From Candidatus Iainarchaeum sp. (GTDB taxonomy: Archaea; Iainarchaeota; Iainarchaeia; Iainarchaeales; JAFCCW01), in NCBI GenBank assembly GCA_017609985.1, contig JAFCCW010000002.1, positions 590 to 64,589 on the forward strand: DNA of 64,000 bases, in the 5' to 3' direction. A program made the position numbers and the translations under genes. The notes under the pieces were generated by a model. The model did no database searches. It saw only the letters and a list, made by a program, of their open reading frames with translations, and had not been told where the DNA came from. Positions 15,796-24,631 of this stretch are shown here, in pieces; position 1 is the first letter of the stretch, and the number at the start of each line of letters is the position of its first letter.

Positions 15796-16200
15796 TTAAA
15801 GAGGCTTTCTTTTTACTTTTTTCTTCTTTGTCCCAAAAACTCTTCTTCCTCTTCCCGCTCTGGTTCCTGTTTTTGCGTGACCGTATTCAACCTGTGTCCA
15901 GCCTCTTGCTTTTGCTTCTTCAACTGCTCGCTTAATTATCCATGTAACAACAAGAGGGCCTTTGTTTTTGATAACATTTGTTTTGTTGTGTTCTGCATCT
16001 CCGAATTTGTCAACAACTCTCACACTTCTGCTTTCGGAAATGCTGTTAAGCCAGCATTTGGCTGGGCCTGTTTGAAATATAACTGCTTTTGCAACAACTT
16101 CATCGTCTTTTTCTGCAGTCAGGATAATATCGCTTTCATCGTGAGCAATCACTATATTAAAGTCTCTGAATTTTTCCCTCTTGACTTTCTCTTCACTCAT
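15796..16200 (-). CDS. hypothetical protein with a basic C-terminal tail (134 aa)
   Basis: The track ORF 15796..16242 runs into tRNA-Arg. The ATG at 16200 (MSEEKVKREKF...) lies 1 nt after the tRNA discriminator base. Confidence 0.6.
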   Translation of the reverse strand: MSEEKVKREKFRDFNIVIAHDESDIILTAEKDDEVVAKAVIFQTGPAKCWLNSISESRSVRVVDKFGDAEHNKTNVIKNKGPLVVTWIIKRAVEEAKARGWTQVEYGHAKTGTRAGRGRRVFGTKKKKVKRKPL

Positions 16201-16201
16201 A

Positions 16202-16275
16202 TGTCTCCGCCGGGATTTGAACCCGAGTCTAAGGCTCCGCAAGCCTCAATGCTATCCAGACTACACCACGGAGAC
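16202..16275 (-). tRNA. tRNA-Arg (anticodon GCG)
   Basis: Reverse complement: gtctccg-tg-gtgt-agtctggata-gcat-t-gaggc-TTGCGGA-gcctt-agact-cggg-ttcaaat-cccg-gcggagac-a. Confidence 0.88.
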
Positions 16276-16317
16276 GCGGTCTGCTTACATTAACTGTTAA
16301 AGAATAAGTACTGGCAA

Positions 16318-17280
16318 CTATTTTATTGCTTTCTCAAGAACCAGGCCGTAGGCAATTCCAAGAGGTGTTGCAATCAGTCCCTTGTATAATGCAAACAATC
16401 CGACAACAGAAAGTGTCTGGATTAACCAGAGCCATTCAAGCATTATTCCAAAAAGTGGAAACTGACTCTTTACTGCATTTTGAATATCAATTTTGTTGCC
16501 TGAAGCAGAATTCATTCTTTCATCAATTTGCTGTTTTACTAGTTCGCTGTATGCTGGGCTATCAATTTGTTTTTCTATTTCAGTAATTGCTGCTACAAAC
16601 AACTGCACGTCAGTATCCTGTTTGTCTTTAATATTTTTAAAGAGTGGATTGTTTACAACAGTGTTAAGAGTCTGTTTTTGGTTTTCAACAAGCAGGTCTG
16701 CTATTGTGTTGCTCAGGTTTCCTGTGTTACTTCCCTGACTCAAAGCCATGTCAAAAATCTGCTCCTGAAACTTTTCTGCATTTGCTTCATTGTTTGGCAG
16801 AGTAAACAAGAGCATTGCAATAAACAATCCCGCAGTAACAATTCCCAAACCTTTTCTTGAAGCACTGGAAAGAGTTCTTAACCAAATCCATTTTTTTAGT
16901 TCCATTCTTTTAATGAATGAAATTTCTATCACTGCAACAAAAGAAACAATGTAGAGAATGCACGCAATTAAATAATTTGATAAATTTGGAAAAAACAAGA
17001 GAGCAAGAATCATTCCAATTGCGCTTCCTCCAACTGCGATGACTGTTAATTCTTTTTGCTCAATCTTTTTTGAGAGTACTGAGGCAAGTGCGTGAGGCAA
17101 GGGCAAAAGAATCGCAAACCCTAAAAAGTATTCTGAAAACAAGACAGAGGCAATTAATCCGAGGTCAAAGCCTGACAAAAGTTCCAGGGTCATGCCAGAC
17201 GCTGAAAGGAGAAAACCTTGGGCAAAAACAAGCGCAAAGAAAATAAGTCCTGCAAAGCCGAGTTTTGCTGTTCTGTCCAT
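16318..17280 (-). CDS. hypothetical polytopic membrane protein (320 aa)
   Basis: Several TM helices at both ends flank a polar central loop. No motif recognised. Confidence 0.65.
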   Translation of the reverse strand: MDRTAKLGFAGLIFFALVFAQGFLLSASGMTLELLSGFDLGLIASVLFSEYFLGFAILLPLPHALASVLSKKIEQKELTVIAVGGSAIGMILALLFFPNLSNYLIACILYIVSFVAVIEISFIKRMELKKWIWLRTLSSASRKGLGIVTAGLFIAMLLFTLPNNEANAEKFQEQIFDMALSQGSNTGNLSNTIADLLVENQKQTLNTVVNNPLFKNIKDKQDTDVQLFVAAITEIEKQIDSPAYSELVKQQIDERMNSASGNKIDIQNAVKSQFPLFGIMLEWLWLIQTLSVVGLFALYKGLIATPLGIAYGLVLEKAIK

Positions 17281-17293
17281 TCCATTATGATGT

Positions 17294-18208
17294 TTAAACC
17301 AGTATTTTAACGTTTCCGTCTTGTACTAAAACACTTGTTTCTGTTTGCGAAACAAACATGCCTTCTTCTTCTTTAAGAATAGGGTATGCTCTGAAAATAT
17401 TTGCTCTTAACAAGTCTCTCATTGCAAGCTTGTGTTGGAAATCGCTTAGCTTAAATTTTTCAATAATCCATCTTTCAGCAAAAGGAAGTGTTTTGTATTC
17501 TTTAAGCGCAAATTCTAGAATCTTTCTTGCATGAATGTTTCTAACTGCCTTTGGTTCTTCAATCGAAAAAATCTCGCTTATTCCACTCTCTCGCACAAAT
17601 CCCTTTCCATCGGTTGCGAAGGGTTCTATTGCAAAAACCATTCCATCTTCGATTTCTCTCGAATCTTTGTTTGGAATATTTGGAATTGTTGGGGGTGTGT
17701 GAGTCAGGTAGGGTGCTAGGCCGTGTCCGCTCAGATTTTGAACTGGGTTAAATCCTCTGCCCCTGATTGTTTTTTCAATTTCTTCACCAATCTTTCCTAT
17801 TTCCGTCCCTGGCTTGATTACTGAAAGTGCATTTTCAAGAGCAAGCTCTGATGTTTCAACAAGTTTTGCCTGAGAATTATCTGGATTAACAGTAAAAGCA
17901 CAGTCTCCCACAAAACCGTCAACATGAGCGCCAAGGTCTACTTTCAGAACCTGGTTTTTTTCGAAAACCATTTCATCGTTTGATGCTGGAGTGCGGTGAG
18001 CTGCTTCTTCGTTAACTGAAAGATTCACTGGAAAAGCAGGTTTTGAGACTACTCCTTCTTCTTTTCCTAGCTTTTCAATATATTGCTCTATTTCATTGGC
18101 TATATCGAGCATTTTTTTGCCTGGGACTGCTATTTTTCTTGCTTTTTCTCTTGCTTTTCGCAGTATTTTGCCTGCTTTCACATATTTTTCAGCATCTTTT
18201 TTGTTCAA
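17294..18208 (-). CDS. map: methionine aminopeptidase, type 2 (archaeal/eukaryotic type)
   Basis: The metal-ligand context DLGAHVDGFVGDCAFT, SGHGLAPYLTH, FAIEPFAT and the insertion domain are typical of MetAP2. Confidence 0.9.
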   Translation of the reverse strand: MNKKDAEKYVKAGKILRKAREKARKIAVPGKKMLDIANEIEQYIEKLGKEEGVVSKPAFPVNLSVNEEAAHRTPASNDEMVFEKNQVLKVDLGAHVDGFVGDCAFTVNPDNSQAKLVETSELALENALSVIKPGTEIGKIGEEIEKTIRGRGFNPVQNLSGHGLAPYLTHTPPTIPNIPNKDSREIEDGMVFAIEPFATDGKGFVRESGISEIFSIEEPKAVRNIHARKILEFALKEYKTLPFAERWIIEKFKLSDFQHKLAMRDLLRANIFRAYPILKEEEGMFVSQTETSVLVQDGNVKILV

Positions 18209-18258
18209 ATAAAAAACCTCTTATTTAGATTTTGCTATAAAAAACCTTAAAAACTTCT

Positions 18259-20661
18259 CTAGCTGAAAGAGCCGAGTGTTTTTTGCTTTCCCCCGTGAAT
18301 CAGGTCTTCTGCATCATATCCTAATTCTCGCATTATGTGCTTTACTGCGGGAATTACCTGATTTTCAATATAGTATTTTGGGTCGTAGTCTCCTTGTTCA
18401 ACATATTCTGCGAGCTCTGCTCTTTCAGAAATAGTTTTTCCCTTTTTTGTGATAATGTAGCTAATGATTGAGCCAACACCTAAGTCTTTGCCTTTTGCAA
18501 CAGCTTTTTTTGCAGCAGAAACATGGGGGCCGATGCTTTCATATTTTGCAAGTGATTTTTTAATCTGTGTCATTATCGTAAGCTCGCTGTTGTCTGCTTT
18601 TCCCTCTTGCAGTCTGGAGATAACTTCTCTTGCAATTTTTACTGCTTTTTTTGTATCGCCATCTCTAAGAACTGCTTCAAGAACCTGCCTCTGTGTTTCT
18701 CTTGCAATTTTTGCCCAGTCCCTTCTGACATATTCAAAGCCGACAATTTTCATCCTGTTGTTTTTTCCCATTAATGCATATCTTTTCTTTGCAGCTGTTT
18801 CGTCAACCTTTTTTGTTACAAAAATTCCTCTTGAGAAAAATCCTTCAAGTTCAAGATTCATTACTCCTGGGAGTTCTGAATTAATTTCCTTGACAAAGCT
18901 CTTGACGTCTTTCTCTGTTTTTTCTTTTGGAATTTTTAAAAATGCTGAGTCTGTGTCCCCATAAATCCATTCAAAGCCTGCTTCCTCTGCTCGTTTTCCA
19001 ACCTGCTGAACATACTGTCTGCTCCAGGCAGTGATTGCTGCTCCACAGTCTCTTGAATACCATCTGCTTCTTGCATATCCCAGATATCCATAGAATGAAT
19101 TCATCAGTATCTTGAAACTCATCTGCCTTGCATTCAGCATTTTGTATTCTTTGTTTTTCTTGTCCATTGTCTTTAATTTTTTCTTTATCTTCATTCTCTT
19201 TGTGTAAAGCTCTTTTAGAATGCTTGTGAAGAAACCTTCTTGTTGAGTGCAGAAACAATGTCCTTCTGGAGAAATGTTTTTCTTGCAGGACTCGTGTTCG
19301 CATTTAAAAGTCTCCGGGGATATATTGTGGGAAATAATTATTGTTGGATATAGGGATGAAAAATCAAGCACTGCAATGTTTTCGTGCAGTCCTCTTTTTG
19401 GTTCTTTTACAAAACCTCCCTTGATTCTCTGCATCATTCTTTGCTTGACTTCAAATTCTCTTGGCTTGTTTGGAAAAAGCAGTCCTTCAGCAGAACTTTT
19501 TTTAAGCAAAAGCTGTTCAATTAGAATTGAAGCAGATGCTCTGCTGGTGTCGTAAAGAGTCATTCTAACTGTTCTTGAAAGTTCTGACATCAATGGCAGG
19601 TAAAGTTCTCCAATTCTTCTCGTGGAATCAGAGTCTTCAAGATTGTATTTTGCAAGTCTGTCAATCCCTTTTCCTTCCCCTGACTTCCAGATTTCGTAAC
19701 TGTCCTCTGCTGAAAGCTTTTCTTTTTCTTCTCCAAGAAGAGCTGCACAAACACTTTCAAGATCCATTCTGACAAGGTCTGCTGCGCCAAGTTTTCTGAG
19801 GGTAAGAAGCATTTTGAAAACATCCAGGTGCTGAACTCCTTTGAGTCTTGCTGCTTCTCCCCTTCCTGACTTCTTGAAAGCAGGCTTACTTTTGTCAGAA
19901 GAAAGGAAGAGTTCAACTCCTGCTCGTTCAGCTCGCTCTTTTAAGTAAGGGAAATCAAAACTGTCTCCATTGTAGCTTGCAATAATCTCTGGCTTTTCTT
20001 GGTTGATTGTTTCAACAAGCTTTTCAATAAGTTCTTTTTCGCTTTTCACAACTTTTATTTTTTCCTTCAATCCTTTCTTTGTTGAAAAAACAAAGTCTTT
20101 TTTTCCAGAATAAGCTGCAGTGATTATCGGGTCTTTTGTTGCGTCAGAAAATCTGCCGGGGGCAAGAGTCTCAAGATCAAAAGCACCTATTGAAAGATTT
20201 TCTTTGCCACCCTCAATTCTTTTAATTGAAACAAGTTCTTTTCCATCGCATTCAAATTCAACGTCTCCCATTGGCTCAATATCCTTGTCAATGATGTAGC
20301 GCTTTGCAAAAGGAATATCATACTCGCGTCTCTCCACAACATAGCTTTCTTCTTTCAGCAAGTCTCTTGCTTCTGAAAGATCTTTGGTGGAATTAAAGAA
20401 AAGCCTCAGAGCTTTTTCTTCTCCAAATTCAGCTCGCTCTGTTTTGATAATTTCTGCTTTGTCTGGTGTCTTGGTTTTATTCAGGGCTTTTTCTGCTTCT
20501 TCAAAACCATCAATAATTATGTAGAAGTAAGGCTTGAATTTTCCATCTCTTAACTCAATTATTCCGTTTTCTGTGCTGACAAAAATTTGTATCTCTGAGC
20601 TGTTTGACTTGGTTTTGTAGCTCACGTCAAGCAATGTTCCTCTGCCTTTAGCTGAAGCCAT
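18259..20661 (-). CDS. polB: family B DNA polymerase
   Basis: Exo motif FDLET. Pol motifs DFSSLYPTIII (A), KILMNSFYGYLGY (B) and IYGDTDSAF (C). The 800-aa ORF is contiguous with no intein-sized insertion. Confidence 0.95.
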   Translation of the reverse strand: MASAKGRGTLLDVSYKTKSNSSEIQIFVSTENGIIELRDGKFKPYFYIIIDGFEEAEKALNKTKTPDKAEIIKTERAEFGEEKALRLFFNSTKDLSEARDLLKEESYVVERREYDIPFAKRYIIDKDIEPMGDVEFECDGKELVSIKRIEGGKENLSIGAFDLETLAPGRFSDATKDPIITAAYSGKKDFVFSTKKGLKEKIKVVKSEKELIEKLVETINQEKPEIIASYNGDSFDFPYLKERAERAGVELFLSSDKSKPAFKKSGRGEAARLKGVQHLDVFKMLLTLRKLGAADLVRMDLESVCAALLGEEKEKLSAEDSYEIWKSGEGKGIDRLAKYNLEDSDSTRRIGELYLPLMSELSRTVRMTLYDTSRASASILIEQLLLKKSSAEGLLFPNKPREFEVKQRMMQRIKGGFVKEPKRGLHENIAVLDFSSLYPTIIISHNISPETFKCEHESCKKNISPEGHCFCTQQEGFFTSILKELYTKRMKIKKKLKTMDKKNKEYKMLNARQMSFKILMNSFYGYLGYARSRWYSRDCGAAITAWSRQYVQQVGKRAEEAGFEWIYGDTDSAFLKIPKEKTEKDVKSFVKEINSELPGVMNLELEGFFSRGIFVTKKVDETAAKKRYALMGKNNRMKIVGFEYVRRDWAKIARETQRQVLEAVLRDGDTKKAVKIAREVISRLQEGKADNSELTIMTQIKKSLAKYESIGPHVSAAKKAVAKGKDLGVGSIISYIITKKGKTISERAELAEYVEQGDYDPKYYIENQVIPAVKHIMRELGYDAEDLIHGGKQKTLGSFS

Positions 20662-20718
20662 ACAATAGATTTTTAAGTATCAATGTTATTTTAATACTGT
20701 TTTGTCTTAGGTGTACAA

Positions 20719-21159
20719 ATGGGTAAAAAAAAAGCTCCTTCTAAGGGCGCAGTTGTCGGAAACATTCAACATGATCTAAAGTCACTTAACAGTTCTGTTT
20801 TAGTTCTTTCCCAAAAAATGAAATACGTTGTCAGAAACGAAAAGATTTTGGGAAGAAACCTAATGGTTTTAAACAAGAAAATGAAAGAATTCAGGGAACA
20901 AATTCAGTCAGGAAGCCTTGGTTCCAGTCAGGTTAATCAAGAAGATGCTCTTGAAGCAATTGCTGAAACTCTCTCCGAACTCGAGGAGAGTGTGGGGGAG
21001 ATGCGTCTTGAGCTTGCGGAAATAAAAGAAAAATCTGCTTCTGCAGAGGAACTCAAAGAACTCAAGTTTGTTATTGACTCAATCAACCCTCTTGAATACG
21101 TTACCCTTGATCAAGTAAAGGAATTGATTGGAGCAAAAACAAAGTCAAAGAAAAAATAA
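20719..21159 (+). CDS. hypothetical coiled-coil protein
   Basis: 146-aa ORF, K/E/L-rich with heptad-like composition. No motif recognised. Confidence 0.55.
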   Translation: MGKKKAPSKGAVVGNIQHDLKSLNSSVLVLSQKMKYVVRNEKILGRNLMVLNKKMKEFREQIQSGSLGSSQVNQEDALEAIAETLSELEESVGEMRLELAEIKEKSASAEELKELKFVIDSINPLEYVTLDQVKELIGAKTKSKKK

Positions 21160-21207
21160 CCAAAGAAAAACAGGCAATGAAAAAATTTTCTATTTCTTTT
21201 GCTTTCA

Positions 21208-22701
21208 TTAAATTTCTTTTGAAAGGCTTGGTCTTATTTTCACGCGATAACTTTTTCTGCCCCTAAGTTTTACTCCTGCATCTCTTTTTCCAACAATAGT
21301 GATTGAAGCAGTTGAGTTTTTCACAAGCTCTTCTGAAATATCTTCTTCTTTTTCGCTTGCAAGAATCATTCCCACTCCATATTCTGCAAGCTCCAGAATT
21401 CCCGAAATTATTTCTTTTTCAAGGATTGAGTTTGCTTCTGCTGAAACAAATCTTTCACAGTCAGGCAGGACAAACACGCTTCTTAAAGTATCAGTCTTTC
21501 CCTGTGTCTTAAAGAAAGCAATCATTTCCTTGATGACTGAGTTTATTATAAAAAGCTTTGCTCTTTCATCATTGCCCCCCACTCTAATTATTCCTGCTCG
21601 CCCAAGGCCTCTTATTCCACTTTTGGAAATAGCCTGAATATCATTTTCTCCACTGAAAAGATTTGGATAATGCAGTAAAACAAGTCGTAATAATCTGTTG
21701 CTTCTGTTCTTTTGGAATTCATTCCACTCGCCTTCTTCTTTTATTTTTTCAACTTCTTTTATTAGACAATCAATTGAATCACATTCTTTTCCGTCTCCAA
21801 TTTCTGAAATCTTTTTTGCTGAAACTCCGTCTCCTGCTCCAAAACCTTCAATCAATCCAGCTATGTTAAAGTTCTTGAGATTAACCTTCAGCTGTTGTGG
21901 AACCACAAACTCTTTTATTGGAAAACCAATTGGAACAATTTCAATCTTTGAATCCTGCAGTTCCTGCAATTTGTCTGTTGGTTCTCGCAGTCCTGCAAAA
22001 TACTGGTCATTATCAATGATTGCTGTAGCAACACTTGAAAGCAGGCAACTTTCAATCATTATTCTTATTATGTGAGCTCTTTCCTCGCTTGTTCCTCCTG
22101 AAATAATTGTTCCCGCAAACAAGGAAAGAGGTTCTTTTATGGTATTTTTTTCTTTTGAAAGTCCAAGAATAACTTCTCCAAAGCTTTTGCTTTTAACTTC
22201 TGAAACACTTGGTTCGTATGCTGTTGAAATAGTTGGAATAATCAATGGCTGTGAAAAGAAAAGTCCTTTTGCAGCAGAATCAGAGTTCTCTATTTCATCA
22301 AGTTCCAAATTGTATGCTTTTGAAACATCCTTAATCATTTTTGAAGAAGCCTTTACTTTTTTAACAAGCAGGTCTGCTTCTACTTCAAACTCTGATTCAT
22401 CTCCTGAAACATAGCTTGGCTTTGATCCAAGAAGCAAAAACTTGTTTGTTTTTTCCTTGTCGTGTCTTGAGAGTACAATAATTTCCTTTGGAAGAGTTTC
22501 AACAAATTCTTCTACATCTCCCTGTGCATAAAATACTCTGTACACTTCAATCATAGAACCTGCAAGTTTTCCCTTTTTCATTTCGTCAATAGATACAAGA
22601 AGCATGGACGAAGGGCTGTAATAAATTCTTAAATCATAATTCTGGAACTTGCCGTTGAAAATTTCTTTCCAAGGCCCTTCATTCACTTTGAGTTTTTTCA
22701 T
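21208..22701 (-). CDS. hypothetical protein with a HerA/DUF87-like layout but a degenerate Walker A
   Basis: I prefer ATG 22701 (MKKLKVNEG), which has GGGAGA 5 nt upstream, over GTG 22713. TIISGGTSEERAHIIRIMIE...TAIIDNDQYF and VFVLPDCERF sit where HerA-type ATPases carry GxTGSGKS...iiDphGEY and the Walker B motif. Confidence 0.6.
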   Translation of the reverse strand: MKKLKVNEGPWKEIFNGKFQNYDLRIYYSPSSMLLVSIDEMKKGKLAGSMIEVYRVFYAQGDVEEFVETLPKEIIVLSRHDKEKTNKFLLLGSKPSYVSGDESEFEVEADLLVKKVKASSKMIKDVSKAYNLELDEIENSDSAAKGLFFSQPLIIPTISTAYEPSVSEVKSKSFGEVILGLSKEKNTIKEPLSLFAGTIISGGTSEERAHIIRIMIESCLLSSVATAIIDNDQYFAGLREPTDKLQELQDSKIEIVPIGFPIKEFVVPQQLKVNLKNFNIAGLIEGFGAGDGVSAKKISEIGDGKECDSIDCLIKEVEKIKEEGEWNEFQKNRSNRLLRLVLLHYPNLFSGENDIQAISKSGIRGLGRAGIIRVGGNDERAKLFIINSVIKEMIAFFKTQGKTDTLRSVFVLPDCERFVSAEANSILEKEIISGILELAEYGVGMILASEKEEDISEELVKNSTASITIVGKRDAGVKLRGRKSYRVKIRPSLSKEI

Positions 22702-22793
22702 GCAATCTCCCACTCCAAAAATGTAACCAAATGTTTATATACTCTATAAATATAAATATTGCATAATAAAAGCTTTAACACTGGTTTTGTTTT

Positions 22794-23306
22794 ATGGTGA
22801 ACAAGGAAATAGTTGAGCAGACAATAAAGAAAATGAAGGACTCAGGAATAGATGACTCTGCAATAAAGCAAACTCTTCGAGACGTGGGTTTAAGCGAACA
22901 AGAAATAGAAGCTTATCTTCCTTCACAGCCAACTGAATCTGAATCTAAGCCAGCTCCGAACCCGGAACATGAGGCAATTGCTGAAAAAACAGCTGAAAAA
23001 GTAAATCAATATATCTCTCAGCAAACAGAGGAACATGCTTTAAGAGAGCAAACTTCTAAATCTGATTTGGATAATCACTCAAACAAGATTGACGAGCTTC
23101 ATGAAAAAGTTCAGGGAGTAAGCGAAAAAATTGAATCGATTTCCACAGAGTCTTCTGCAAAAACACTCGAAGCAATAAGAGAATTAAACAAGCGGGTTTC
23201 TTCTCTCGAATCACAGATTTCAGAAATAAAAAGCATTTCAAATGCAACAAAATCTTTAATGGAGAAAGTTCTTGAAACAGACAGAAAAGTTCTTTCAAAG
23301 CTTTAA
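22794..23306 (+). CDS. hypothetical coiled-coil protein
   Basis: 170-aa ORF, S/E/K-rich and helical. Convergent with the end of the giant-gene locus. Confidence 0.55.
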   Translation: MVNKEIVEQTIKKMKDSGIDDSAIKQTLRDVGLSEQEIEAYLPSQPTESESKPAPNPEHEAIAEKTAEKVNQYISQQTEEHALREQTSKSDLDNHSNKIDELHEKVQGVSEKIESISTESSAKTLEAIRELNKRVSSLESQISEIKSISNATKSLMEKVLETDRKVLSKL

Positions 23307-23308
23307 TC

Positions 23309-23316
23309 TTTTTTTT
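23309..23316 (+). terminator. oligo-T run (T8) 2 nt after the stop of 22794..23306; candidate archaeal terminator
   Basis: taa-tc-TTTTTTTT read directly from the sequence. Archaeal RNAP terminates at oligo-T tracts. Confidence 0.3.
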
Positions 23317-23370
23317 CAATATTTTCCATATTTTCAATAACTAACATTTAATTCTATTTAAAGTTTAATT

Positions 23371-23712
23371 CTACTTAAAAAACTTGAAGAATCCTTCAAT
23401 AACATTCTTGCTTCCCTGTCCGATTCTTCCCCAAATTCCCTTGGAGGAATAAACATAGCCTTGGTCAAACCCGCCTCTGGCTTCATCGCCTGCTTTCTTT
23501 CCAATTTCTCTGGCCCAGTCATCTGCAACAGATGGGTCAACTTCTGGCTCTGCTTTCTCTAGTTCTTCCATGCTTCCTTCCAAAAGCTTTGCTCTTGCAG
23601 TGAATACAATAGTCATTATTCCAAGAACGAAAAGAATTAATGCAGCGTCAGTTGCCCCAATCACAAATAGGAACAATGACAAACCCCAGAGATAAAAAAG
23701 AGCTGAAGCCAT
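23371..23712 (-). CDS. small membrane protein (2 TM plus a soluble charged tail); last gene of the giant-gene locus
   Basis: The ATG at 23712 overlaps the upstream TGA by 1 nt (TGATG). The sequence begins MASALFYLWGLSLFLFVIGATDAALILFVLGIMTIVF. Confidence 0.6.
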   Translation of the reverse strand: MASALFYLWGLSLFLFVIGATDAALILFVLGIMTIVFTARAKLLEGSMEELEKAEPEVDPSVADDWAREIGKKAGDEARGGFDQGYVYSSKGIWGRIGQGSKNVIEGFFKFFK

Positions 23713-24017
23713 CACATTCCCCCAAGCAAGCCTCCGTAAGGATCTGGGGGATATAATTCTGGTTGCTGTGGTTTTTGTCCAGCGCCGAGGAAAAGCGCAA
23801 GAATTATTAAGCCAAACATAATCACTGGCCAGTAGTCTGCAACTGAGATTTTTCCAATATAGAGTGCAATCAAAGCAACAATCATTATAATCAGTGTTCC
23901 AAAGTCTCTGCTTGTAAGAATCATTACTGCAACAATTCCAAACACAATCCAGTTTTGGTCAAACTGGAAAGCAATCATCATCATTAAAATTCCAGTTATG
24001 AGAGAAAATGTATCCAT
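23712..24017 (-). CDS. small polytopic membrane protein (101 aa, ~4 TM, P/G-rich C-terminus)
   Basis: Hydrophobic ORF in the same operon-like string. No family recognised. Confidence 0.6.
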   Translation of the reverse strand: MDTFSLITGILMMMIAFQFDQNWIVFGIVAVMILTSRDFGTLIIMIVALIALYIGKISVADYWPVIMFGLIILALFLGAGQKPQQPELYPPDPYGGLLGGM

Positions 24018-24030
24018 TAAATCACCAAAT

Positions 24031-24267
24031 CTAGTCCTTGTAAATGCTTATCTTGTCAATAAGCTCTTTTCCAAAAGTTGCAAACAAAAATAATACTGCT
24101 GGAATCCAAACAAGCTCTGGATACTGAAAAAATGTTAAGTAAACAACAATCACTGAAAACAGGATTGCGAGCTTTGCCGAACCAAGCTTTGATTTTGCCC
24201 AGGAATAAATCCACACAAGATAGACAAGAGACAAAACAGTCATTATGTTTTCAATCATGTTAGACAT
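24031..24267 (-). CDS. small polytopic membrane protein (~78 aa, 3 TM)
   Basis: The track ORF starts at TTG 24279. I prefer ATG 24267 (MSNMIENIMTVLSLVYLVWIY). Confidence 0.55.
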   Translation of the reverse strand: MSNMIENIMTVLSLVYLVWIYSWAKSKLGSAKLAILFSVIVVYLTFFQYPELVWIPAVLFLFATFGKELIDKISIYKD

Positions 24268-24308
24268 GTTATCAACCAATAATCTATTCTTCTAACTGGT
24301 TTAAATGC

Positions 24309-24626
24309 TTAGTGCCCTCCAGCAAGCCTGAATGTTCCCCAAATAATTACTGAAAGGAATTGCATTCCTAAGAGTATGTAAAGAATGTACATTGGAGCAA
24401 ACAGGTAAACCCATTTGAACACAAGGAAATAAATAAGCACTGCGGAAACAATTATTGAAACTACTCCGTTTCCAATATAACTTCTCACAGTCATAAAAAT
24501 CGTAAAAATAAGAATAAGCCTGAACACGATGTTTGCTGGGGGAAAAACAAGCATTATTACTGGCACAGCAATGGCTATCAGCAAGAACACTCCGAGAATA
24601 ATCAGAATAAATCCTCTATCATTCAT
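24309..24626 (-). CDS. small polytopic membrane protein (105 aa, 4 TM)
   Basis: The ATG lies 5 nt after the upstream stop. The protein is almost entirely hydrophobic. Confidence 0.6.
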   Translation of the reverse strand: MNDRGFILIILGVFLLIAIAVPVIMLVFPPANIVFRLILIFTIFMTVRSYIGNGVVSIIVSAVLIYFLVFKWVYLFAPMYILYILLGMQFLSVIIWGTFRLAGGH

Positions 24627-24631
24627 TTTTC

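Noticed and set aside
18464-18964. 166-aa plus-strand ORF opposite polB, and other ORFs nested in polB (18971..19303, 19590..19916)
   Set aside because: They are nested within, or antisense to, a polymerase gene with all conserved motifs in the other frame, so they are shadow ORFs.
18259-20661. Possible intein in the family B polymerase, considered because a LAGLIDADG relic lies nearby
   Set aside because: The polymerase is 800 aa with motifs A, B and C at normal spacing. There is no extra domain and no Cys/Ser...HN splice-junction insert. The LAGLIDADG remnant is a separate locus 2.6 kb away.
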